Source: Nemertoderma westbladi
Taxonomy: Eukaryota; Animalia; Xenacoelomorpha
Length of the DNA stretch: 33,523 nt
Direction: 5' to 3'
NCBI GenBank assembly: GCA_032718475.1
Contig: JAUCBJ010006045.1
Coordinates: 1 to 33,523, forward strand
In this document: positions 1-8,563 of the stretch, in pieces
How positions within the stretch are numbered: position 1 is the stretch's first letter
Layout of the letters: every line of letters begins with the position of its first letter
The notes under the pieces: generated by a model
Seen by the model: only the letters and a program-made list of their open reading frames with translations
The model's database searches: none
What the model was told of the DNA's origin: nothing
Made by a program: the position numbers and the translations under genes

Positions 1-77
1 TTAACCGGTATTTGTTATTGTTATTTGAAATTAGAAAATTATATATATAATTACCGTCTCTACCAAATACAGAGACA

Positions 78-1061
78 ATGAGTAACAATGACAAACATCC
101 ACTGTGCCTATCCGACTTAGCAGGGGTCAGCAGGCAGCATTTTCTTTCGAAAATTACCAAAGAGAGATTATATGATGCCTTAGAGAACGCCGGCTTACTC
201 AATGAAGTATCGGATCCGGAAACACATCATAGCGACGCACTCTCTACTAACAGTTCTGCTCTCCTTACTAACAGTTCTGCTAGCGGAGCCAACGCAGTTC
301 CTTTAGGCCTGGCACCATCGACTAACATGGCAACCATTATACGAGACACAATTCGAAAGGAACTAGCTGGCGTTAAAAATGAAATAACAGACGTAAATAA
401 AAAACTCGATGAATTAGGGGGTCTACGAACAAAGGTTGGATCGCTAAATACCACTGTAGAGTCACTAAAGAAAGAAAATGTTATATTGCGCAAAGAAGTA
501 GAAGGCTGTAAAGATGCAATTTCCAAACAGCAACGGCAACTTGAAATGCACGACAACGATCGGAGAGCTAAGAATATCATCATCCGCGGTATCCCGGAAT
601 CAACCAATTTAGAAACCGACCGTGAGTTTTCTGTCAATGTTCTTCAAACTGCTGGTTTAGTTAATGCCAGTAATATCTCATTTAGACGACTAGGAAAACC
701 TGTTCTGGTCAGCTCTAGCGCTAACGGCAGTACCACTCAAACAACTGATCTAACCGAAGGACCCACCCAGTCATCTAAACCCCGCCCGGTTCTGGTTGAA
801 CTGGAGTCCCGTTACGTCCGGGACAAAGTACTAAAGGGAGCTTCAGCGTTGTCCAAAGCCGGTCCTGAGTACAAGAAAGTCTTCATCAAACGGGATGTGA
901 ATCCAAAGGTATTAGAAGCCGATCAGAAACTCGTTTCCATACTACAAACAGAAAAGTCAAAATCATCTAATGTAGGGGCAAATGTGTATATTAATTGGAA
1001 ATCCAGGAGCGTGATGAGAGATGATACCGTTCTATTTCGTGAAAACAATCTGGGTTTTTAA
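78..1061 (+). CDS. LINE ORF1 protein (coiled coil plus RRM-like nucleic-acid-binding domain)
   Basis: 327 aa. Heptad-rich segment (ELAGVKNEITDVNKKL...LKKENVILRKEVE), then DRRAKNIIIRGIPE, FRRLGK, KPRPVLVEL, RDKVLK and KVFIKRD motifs typical of L1/CR1-type ORF1p. Lies directly upstream of the RT ORF. Confidence 0.88.
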   Translation: MSNNDKHPLCLSDLAGVSRQHFLSKITKERLYDALENAGLLNEVSDPETHHSDALSTNSSALLTNSSASGANAVPLGLAPSTNMATIIRDTIRKELAGVKNEITDVNKKLDELGGLRTKVGSLNTTVESLKKENVILRKEVEGCKDAISKQQRQLEMHDNDRRAKNIIIRGIPESTNLETDREFSVNVLQTAGLVNASNISFRRLGKPVLVSSSANGSTTQTTDLTEGPTQSSKPRPVLVELESRYVRDKVLKGASALSKAGPEYKKVFIKRDVNPKVLEADQKLVSILQTEKSKSSNVGANVYINWKSRSVMRDDTVLFRENNLGF

Positions 1062-1110
1062 ATCGGCCGTGTGGTGAACTGAAAATTTTATGGTTCAATA
1101 TAGCCGGTTT
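1052..1110 (+). promoter_or_regulatory. Candidate -1 programmed ribosomal frameshift signal (slippery heptamer G_GGT_TTT plus 3' stem-loop)
   Basis: X_XXY_YYZ heptamer at 1052-1058 in the ORF1 frame, immediately before the ORF1 stop TAA. ORF2 is the -1 frame. After a 5-nt spacer, CGGC(1064-1067)/GCCG(1103-1106) and TGAAC/GTTCA pairings form a long hairpin. Confidence 0.6.
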
Positions 1111-4090
1111 TAAAAATAAATTTGAGAACAAAAGTACTGTAAACTTTTTATTAGAATTTGATGTCTTATTTTTAATGGAAATTAATAGTATAATGAATTT
1201 TAATATACCTGGATTGGTATTTTTAGGAAGAAGTAAATGTTTTCCAGGACGAAACCACAGGGGGGGCATTGCACTGTTTTGTAAACCGAACTGGACTGAA
1301 TACATTGACGAAATTAAGAATGATATAGAAGACCAAATCTGGATTAAAATTCCTGTTGTAGATCCTAATTATATTGCAGGATGCTACGTACCCAGTAATT
1401 CATCCAAATACTACGATGAAGCAAGCTTTGGTGCCATACAAAGTATGTTAATGTCAGGGGATACTCTTTTAGTGGGGGGTGATTTTAACAGTAGAATCGG
1501 CTCACCTTTAGAGTCCCATGACTACACCAATTGGCCTGACCCTACTGTAAACTCGCACGGACGAGTTTTAAATCGATTATGCTACGACACCGACTCCGTC
1601 ATATTGAATGGTCGTAAATTCAACAATCACGTGTATCAGTCCGGGTTAACTTTTAAAATTAAAGACGTTTGGAAGTCTGCAATCGACTATGTCATAGCTC
1701 CAAAATCTCATGTAACAGGTCCCAACAACAAAATGTTGTCATTGACAATATGGAACAATGTAGTTCTACCTTCAGACCACGCGCCTATCAGCGTTACAGT
1801 CAAAGTTGATGAACTTCCGGTGCAAATTTTGGTCCATCGCGCCAATCAGCTTAATGATGATTACCTGCATTACTCTTACCAGAACGCACAACCCAAGCGG
1901 TTATTCCCTAATGAGCGCAATCTGGCGAATTTCCAACAACACATGCTTACCAACAACCCTCACCAGTTATCCCCTAGTGTTTGTAGCAACTTGGATTCTA
2001 TATGTCAAGAGTTTTGCTCGTCAATTCGCGACGCGGCTAAACATACACAGGCAATAATTACTAATTCCTGCAATACTCCTGGCTGTGCTGGTAATTCCGA
2101 CTTAAGTAATTGGGGCACCAATAGATGGGAAAGACTGATAGAAAACAACGATTCAAAAGGGCTGTGGTCTGCGATCAACTGGAATGGCGACATATCTAGC
2201 CAAGAAGACACCGCCAGTCCATCGGACGAGGAATTCCATCAACATTATAGCTCACTGTTAAATGACCCATCATCCAAAGAGAGTCATATTACAACAAATT
2301 TGTCAATACCACTATTAGATGAAGAGATATCAATAAACGAAGTTGCAGCTGCTGCTTCAAAATTGAGTTCACGTAAGGCTTCAGGGCCAGATGGTCTCTC
2401 TGCAGATTACATTAAAGCGCTCCCGCTTAATTGGTTAATTTCTATATCTCTGCTATTTAATTTAGTTTTCAATTCAGGAATCTACCCAGTAGTGTGGGCC
2501 CACGCTACACTGATATCTATTTTCAAAAAGGGCTGCCGTTTCTTACCAACTAATTACAGAGGCATCAGTATAATGAACTGCTTACCAAAGCTTTTTGACA
2601 CGGTGCTCACTGTTAGACTCCATTCATGGTATAAACCACTCCCAGAACAGGCTGGGGCAAGTAAAGGGCGTGGTTGCATTGAACAGATCCTAGCTATTCG
2701 TATCCTGTGTGATTATGCCAAAGTGTATAAGAAAATCCTCTATATTACATTCGTGGACTATGAGAAAGCATACGACAACGTCAAGAGGACCTTCATGTTC
2801 CAAACATTAAAAAGCTTAGGATGTGGTAATAAGATGCTCAGCTGTCTCCAAGCGATGTACAAGTTAACTATTGCCAATATTAACAATCTTCGCGTAATTT
2901 GTAACAAAGGAGTCCGTCAGGGTTCCCCAGGAAGTGGTTTCCTATTTGTAATTGTAATAGATTTTTTTGTACGAGCACTACGAAATTTACCATGGGACGA
3001 TTGGTTGAAAAAGCTTCATAGCATTTTACTGATGGATGACACAGCCATACTCGGTACGACCAGAGATAAAATAATTGAGAAATTAAACGTTTTGAAAGTC
3101 TTTTGCTCCCAGTCTGGGATGATTATAAATATCAAAAAAACTAAATTTATAGTTATAAATGGTAATGACTATGACAAGCGTGCATTTTCCTTCGGAGACA
3201 AACAAATCGAACACACGGATTCTTACACTTACCTGGGCTCGCCAATTTCGGCTGATGGTGTAATCTCAACAGCGATCGCACTACACGCCTCCGAGAAACA
3301 GTGCCATCTTCTCAAGTTCTCTACCTTTATCAGTAAAAACCCCGATCTCCCATTCGTTATAAAACGGAAAGTATTCGAAGCAGCTGTTTTATCCTCAATC
3401 ACATATGGCTGTGAAACATGGTTCGGCGGATCCTTAGCACCTATATCTAAAATATATATGTCCTTGGTTCGTTTATTATTAGGTGTACGACCAACCACAT
3501 GCGGGGAATTATGCCTAATCGAACTCGACCTCCCAGAATTTGAGTCCCTAATTCGCGACAAACAGAGGAAGTATCTCATAAAACTTAAACCAGTCGATGA
3601 TTCTCCCTTACAAGCTGCTCTGGAAATTGCTAGAGAAAATAACACTCCGATGTATTCTGAAATAGAACGCTCTAAATCAATTCCATTGAACTACATTAGA
3701 AATCAAAACGAATTACTTAAAGACCGTGTCTCTAAATCTAAGACCACGAAACGGCATCTCTACAAGTTGATGAATCCGACATTGTCACCGCCACATCTTT
3801 ACAACAACTGTAACGTTCCAGAACGTCACCGAATCGCGTGGTCCCGGTTTCGTCTGGGGAGCCATAACTTTCCAGTCGAAAAAATGAGATGGGCGAGAGT
3901 AAAACCGGAAAATCGAATGTGTGGATGCGGAGCAGTTCAGACGGAGGAACACATCATCACCGTGTGCCCAAAAACGGCGGAATCTAGATTATCGGTCAAA
4001 GGCAACTGGAACGATCTGACCACCCTATTTGACATGGACGACCAAGTAAATGTAGCAAAAATGATTTACCAAATGGGGAATGATTATTGA
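1058..4090 (+). CDS. LINE ORF2: apurinic-like endonuclease, reverse transcriptase and C-terminal CCHC (frame open from 1043; first ATG at 1175)
   Basis: APE motifs LKILWFNIAG and DVLFLME (upstream of or at ATG 1175), GCYVP, GGDFNSRIG, IDY and SDH. RT motifs KASGPDG, NYRGISIMN, EQAG, FVDYEKAYD, GVRQGSP, LMDD and YTYLG. C-terminal RFRLGSH...CGCGAVQTEEHIITVC. Confidence 0.95.
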   Translation, partial: LNRPCGELKILWFNIAGFKNKFENKSTVNFLLEFDVLFLMEINSIMNFNIPGLVFLGRSKCFPGRNHRGGIALFCKPNWTEYIDEIKNDIEDQIWIKIPVVDPNYIAGCYVPSNSSKYYDEASFGAIQSMLMSGDTLLVGGDFNSRIGSPLESHDYTNWPDPTVNSHGRVLNRLCYDTDSVILNGRKFNNHVYQSGLTFKIKDVWKSAIDYVIAPKSHVTGPNNKMLSLTIWNNVVLPSDHAPISVTVKVDELPVQILVHRANQLNDDYLHYSYQNAQPKRLFPNERNLANFQQHMLTNNPHQLSPSVCSNLDSICQEFCSSIRDAAKHTQAIITNSCNTPGCAGNSDLSNWGTNRWERLIENNDSKGLWSAINWNGDISSQEDTASPSDEEFHQHYSSLLNDPSSKESHITTNLSIPLLDEEISINEVAAAASKLSSRKASGPDGLSADYIKALPLNWLISISLLFNLVFNSGIYPVVWAHATLISIFKKGCRFLPTNYRGISIMNCLPKLFDTVLTVRLHSWYKPLPEQAGASKGRGCIEQILAIRILCDYAKVYKKILYITFVDYEKAYDNVKRTFMFQTLKSLGCGNKMLSCLQAMYKLTIANINNLRVICNKGVRQGSPGSGFLFVIVIDFFVRALRNLPWDDWLKKLHSILLMDDTAILGTTRDKIIEKLNVLKVFCSQSGMIINIKKTKFIVINGNDYDKRAFSFGDKQIEHTDSYTYLGSPISADGVISTAIALHASEKQCHLLKFSTFISKNPDLPFVIKRKVFEAAVLSSITYGCETWFGGSLAPISKIYMSLVRLLLGVRPTTCGELCLIELDLPEFESLIRDKQRKYLIKLKPVDDSPLQAALEIARENNTPMYSEIERSKSIPLNYIRNQNELLKDRVSKSKTTKRHLYKLMNPTLSPPHLYNNCNVPERHRIAWSRFRLGSHNFPVEKMRWARVKPENRMCGCGAVQTEEHIITVCPKTAESRLSVKGNWNDLTTLFDMDDQVNVAKMIYQMGNDY

Positions 4091-4394
4091 ATTTTACGCA
4101 TTGATAATTTATTGATCTATTGTAATTTCTGAAAGACACTCACGAGGCGCTAGTTATTTGGGGATTAATTATTTAATTCTATATCCTCATTTATTAACTT
4201 ATTGTGCTATTTTAATGACATAATCTACTATGTACATACTCATCAGTCTCACACGGCCTATATACGAATGTATAATTATTTATTTTACCCACGGTCCGCA
4301 CTACATTGATCTTACGTTGCATTATGTTTGTATTGGTGTAATAATGTATATAAATGTATTACTGTGCTGACAATAAACAATCAAATCAAATCAA

Positions 4395-4774
4395 TCCCTC
4401 ACTTCCCTCACTCACTCCCTCACTTCCCTCACTCACTCCCTCACTTCCCTCACTTCCCTCACTTCCCTCACTTCCCTCATTTCCCTCACTTCCCTCACTT
4501 CCCTCACTTCCCTCACTTCCCTCACTTCCCTCACTTCCCTCACTTCCCTCACTTCCCTCACTTCCCTCACTTCCCTCACTTCCCTCACTTCCCTCACTCA
4601 CTCCCTCACTTCCCTCACTTCCCTCACTTCCCTCACTTCCCTCACTTCCCTCACTTCCCTCACTTCCCTCACTTCCCTCACTTCCCTCACTTCCCTCACT
4701 TCCCTCACTTCCCTCACTTCCCTCACTTCCCTCACTTCCCTCACTTCCCTCACTTCCCTCACTTCCCTCACTTC
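4395..4774. repeat. 9-bp minisatellite (TCCCTCACT)n, about 41 units, with a few 12-bp variant units
   Basis: Near-perfect tandem array visible directly. The minus strand is (GGGAAGTGA)n. Confidence 0.97.
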
Positions 4775-5146
4775 TGTATACTAGCTTTGACTCTCCCAGC
4801 TATAGTGATAGTATGCAACCTTGGGAGTTAATGTGCGGTCTTACGAGTAAATGTCAAGAGATTAGACTTCATGTTGCCTCCATTGATTCACTCTTCTTAA
4901 CTTTATAAAATAACTCCACCCTTATTTAAAGTTTTAAAAATTATGACTTAGTCGACTAATTTTCCAAAATATATTATAAAAACATATAATTTCTTGAATA
5001 AATAGACCTAATAGTAATAAATATTGTTGGCAAATACATTTATAATACTAATATAATAATTAGGGATAAATAATCCTAATACTAATATAAATGTTATGGA
5101 TAAATAGTCCTAATACTATTATGAAAGGAACTCAAACAAACAAATG

Positions 5147-6115
5147 TCAATAGCGTCGTCCTGCGCGAGCAAATACTGTACGAGAGTTTGATGTTATAGG
5201 TCTTCGAAAATAAGTAAAAGCTGGTTGATTTTCTTTAATTTCATCTTCCTCATTAACCAACTGTTTCTTAATTTCATTCAATTGTTCATTCATTTTCAGT
5301 AATTTACTTTTATTTCCCAGAACCTGTCTTAATATCTCTTCTCTATTTTCCTCATTTTCTTCCATTTGTTTAATAAATTTCCGTATTTGATTTTTGTTTC
5401 CTAATATTTGTCTCAATATCTCTTCTTTATTTTCATCATTCTCTTCTAAATGTTTAATAATTTTCCGCAATTTATTCTTATTTCCAAGTAATTGTCTCAA
5501 TATTTCCTTATTATTATCATTTTCATCATCTTCTTCACTTTCCTGACCTTCACTTTCTTCGTCCTCTTCATGACCTTCACTTTCTTCATCCTCTTTCTGA
5601 CCTTCACTTTCGTCATCCTCTTCCCCGCCTTCACTTTCTTCATCGTCTTCCTGACCTTCGCTTTCTTCATTCTCTTCCTGACCTTCGCTATCTTCACCCT
5701 CTTCCTGACCTTCACTTTCTTCGTCATCTTCCTGACCTTCACTCACTTCGTTCTCAACCTCACTCTCTTCAACTTCATCCTGACCCTCACTATTTTCATT
5801 CTCCATCTCATCGTCCTCTTCTTCTTCACTTTCCTCACTCAAATTTTCATCATTTTCTAGGGGTAACTGTTTTTGTATCCTTTTCAAAATATTCATAACT
5901 TTATGAAATTTATTTTCCGTTGTCTGTTTTATCTTTAATATATCACGCTCAACTCTCTTTTTCTTTTCATCTTCACTAAAAATATCTTCGGATTTTTTAA
6001 ATTTCTTTGGTAATGGATCCATTAGTTTATCCTTTCTATGTCTTTCCATGTGACGAGATAGATTGTCTTGTCTCATTTCTTTATTACAAACCAAACATTT
6101 TTCATAACTAGGCAT
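5147..6115 (-). CDS. Orphan intronless protein: single C2H2 zinc finger, acidic 9-aa repeats and three 28-aa coiled-coil repeats
   Basis: 322-aa ORF in very AT-rich DNA. CLVCNKEMRQDNLSRHMERH (C-x2-C-x12-H-x3-H), about 7-8 copies of EESEGQEDD, and 3 copies of NKEEILRQILGNKNQIRKFIKQMEENEE-like units. Confidence 0.65.
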   Translation of the reverse strand: MPSYEKCLVCNKEMRQDNLSRHMERHRKDKLMDPLPKKFKKSEDIFSEDEKKKRVERDILKIKQTTENKFHKVMNILKRIQKQLPLENDENLSEESEEEEDDEMENENSEGQDEVEESEVENEVSEGQEDDEESEGQEEGEDSEGQEENEESEGQEDDEESEGGEEDDESEGQKEDEESEGHEEDEESEGQESEEDDENDNNKEILRQLLGNKNKLRKIIKHLEENDENKEEILRQILGNKNQIRKFIKQMEENEENREEILRQVLGNKSKLLKMNEQLNEIKKQLVNEEDEIKENQPAFTYFRRPITSNSRTVFARAGRRY

Positions 6116-6731
6116 TATATAGCAATGTCAATTGATATTATGAGTTTTCGATAAATGATTTTACATAATTTTAAATAAATAAAACTTTTATGAAAATAAA
6201 TAAAACTTTTAAAAATAAAAATTAGAGAATGAATGGGAATGCGGTGACTGGGGGCTTTTATAGAGGGAGGTTAGAATGGAGTTGTGAAAGAAGAATAATC
6301 TATTGCCATACCAGATGTTTATTCTAATTTCTTGGATGAATTGATATAATAACGAAGCTGTGGGTATGAATAATTTAAGCTCTATCGCAAGCCCCATTCA
6401 CGCAGGCCCCATTCACGCATTGATGATTGGGTTAGTCATGCTATACGGTTAATAAGAGCCCGAGCAGCCATAGATTATTGAGGGATGACTCGGGGCTAAA
6501 CTGGGGCCACTTTATTTTGGTGAAAGGGTATATTTATGTTTTGGGCCTCGATTGCGTCTTTATATTTAATTCTATCATTTTATTGTACGGCAAAAATAAT
6601 ACAAATGTATTGTATATTGTATTGTATATTTCGTTTGTTATAGTACAATTTATTCATCTCGCGTCCCCCTATCTGATTGATTTGTATCAAATTAAATTGC
6701 CTTTGGCAACATTATTTGATACGAATCGATT

Positions 6732-6759
6732 GATTAAACAATTAATTAATTGTTTAATC
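6732..6759. repeat. Perfect 28-bp palindrome GATTAAACAATTAATTAATTGTTTAATC
   Basis: The sequence equals its own reverse complement. A partial second copy (CAATTAATTAATTG) follows at about 6763-6776. Confidence 0.9.
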
Positions 6760-6964
6760 GACCAATTAATTAATTGTTTAATTAATTAATGACCTACTTA
6801 ACACCCAAGGTGTGAAGTAGGACCAAACTGTCGCCAAAGAGGGGTAACCATTACTACTTACACATACATTATAATTGCATCTGACTTCTTTCCGAAAGTC
6901 ACACTACAGTACCGGTAGGCCTACTGAATGTATCAGTTACATCAAGCTTAAATCATATATAGTA

Positions 6965-7375
6965 CAGTCATTCTGCCTAATTTGAGACATGGACCCAAAC
7001 GTGAGACAAATTCAATATCAACTTCAAGGGGCTCCTATAGCCAAATAATTACAGATCTTTTGTCTCAAATAAAGGCTGTAAGAACCTAACAAGATTCTCC
7101 GTAATATTTATGAGGTTATTTCATGGTAGTTATTAAAAAAAATTACAATTGAATTTCTTGTCTCACATTAGGGAATCGATGCCAAATTTGAGACATGCAA
7201 CATTTCTTCAAAAATCAGCAACTGCTAGGCGAAATCAACTTTCGAGACCCGGAAAAATGGATTCTACGTCCCGGGAAACCCCTTATTACATAATTTCTGA
7301 GGAAGTCCAGTGTTTACATTTTTACACAGAACCCAACGAAGTTCAAAACCTGTCTCTTATATGGACCAATGACTG
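6965..7375. mobile_element. Non-autonomous Tc1/mariner-like DNA transposon (MITE), 411 bp
   Basis: TA|CAGTCATT...GAGACA at the left end and TGTCTC...AATGACTG|TA at the right end (imperfect TIRs of about 25 bp, TA target duplication). Internal repeats of TGAGACA/TGTCTCA. Confidence 0.62.
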
Positions 7376-7641
7376 TACTGTATAAATCTAATAGCTGATT
7401 TGGTAGAATAATAATTAGTTGTACCGTACGTAAAATGTAATTATGGTTTAGGTTTATAAATTGTGTTTCAATGGTGTATAGGCCTAATAATATATTTAAT
7501 TTTTTTTACTGAAGTCGTCCGTGAGGATGAAATGGAATTAACCGTGGCATTAGACCCTTTCCACAGTCATTATCCCTGAAGTAGTAACTAACATTGCATT
7601 TAGACATACAGTAGTAATATGCCAGGTGTCGGTCGTTTGTT

Positions 7642-7670
7642 GGGGGGGGGGGGGTGGGGGGGGGGGGGGG
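7642..7670 (+). repeat. Poly-G tract G13-T-G15 (G-quadruplex-capable)
   Basis: Seen directly. Confidence 0.9.
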
Positions 7671-8138
7671 TGCTAATTGGATGGTGAAGTTGAGAGCGTT
7701 TAAGTTCCTGATTGGGCATTTTATTCGGAGTGATTTTTTATGTCCGTTTAATTGACTTTTTTGTCCGCCTTTTTTTACGAATTGTGCATAATGACTTTTG
7801 TTGTCCCTTTAATGACTTTTTATGTTATGTATTTCTGCAAACTGCCAGACTGCTGATTCTGAACTGTCGGACAGTTGATTTCACTATGCCTGTTGCAAAA
7901 CATTCAAAATTTGTTGATTTCTTGAATGTCAGACAGTTTAATTTGTAATAATTGTGGCAAAACATTCAAAATTCCATGATTTGTAGACTACTGTATGAGA
8001 TAGATTTCCATATGCGCCTGTGGTAAAAGGCTCTAAATTTAATAGTTTGTGGTTGTTGTCGATAATCGATTACCATATGACGTAGCAAAACACTCATTTT
8101 TTATACATTTAACACTCATTTTACAATTACAAATTGAT

Positions 8139-8563
8139 GGAAAGGAGCAGGTTAGAGAGGCCAGATTTTCTAACCAACACAATAAACAGTCACTTTACCA
8201 AATGTAGGAAAGGAGCAGGTAACAGAGGCGGGACTTTCTAACCAAAACAATAAACGGTCACTTTACCAAATCAGGGAAATGAGCAGGTTACAGAGGCGGG
8301 CTTTTCCAACTAAAACAATAAACGGTCACTTTACCAATTGGGGGGAAAGGAGCAGGTTACAGAGGCGGGCTTTTCTAACCAAAACAATAATAAACAATCA
8401 CAAATAACAATTGAGGGAAAGTAGCAGGTTACAGAAGCGGGTGTTTCTAACCAAAACAATAAACGATCACTTTAGCAATTGGGGAAAGGAGCAGGTTACA
8501 GAAACTGAATTTTCTAACTAAAGCAATAAACGATACCACTTTATCAATTGAGGAAAAGGAGCA
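8139..8563. repeat. Minisatellite of about 68 bp, about 6.2 copies
   Basis: The unit GGAAAGGAGCAGGTTACAGAGGCGGGCTTTTCTAACCAAAACAATAAACGGTCACTTTACCAATT recurs at about 8139, 8207, 8275, 8344, 8416, 8483 and 8552. A degenerate orphan copy lies near 9044-9093. Confidence 0.92.

Larger units (their letters stand above)
1..4394 (+). mobile_element. Non-LTR retrotransposon (LINE), CR1/L2 group, apparently intact; the 5' end may lie upstream of the window
   Basis: Uninterrupted ORF1 and ORF2 (APE-RT-CCHC), about 300 bp of 3' UTR, AATAAA at 4372-4377 followed by a short tandem tail (ATCAA)3 at 4380-4394 instead of poly(A), as is typical of CR1/L2-group elements. Confidence 0.92.

Noticed and set aside
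4395-4774. True telomere
   Set aside because: The array is interstitial, the unit is not TTAGGG/TTAGG, and unique sequence lies on both sides.
4328-4908. ORFs encoding (PHF)n, (PSL)n and (SEG)n
   Set aside because: These are by-products of a stop-free 9-bp minisatellite that is open in several frames, with no other coding evidence.
8139-8563. CRISPR array (also considered for 15539-16288 and 30903-31024)
   Set aside because: These are contiguous tandem units without unique spacers, there are no cas genes, and the context is eukaryotic.
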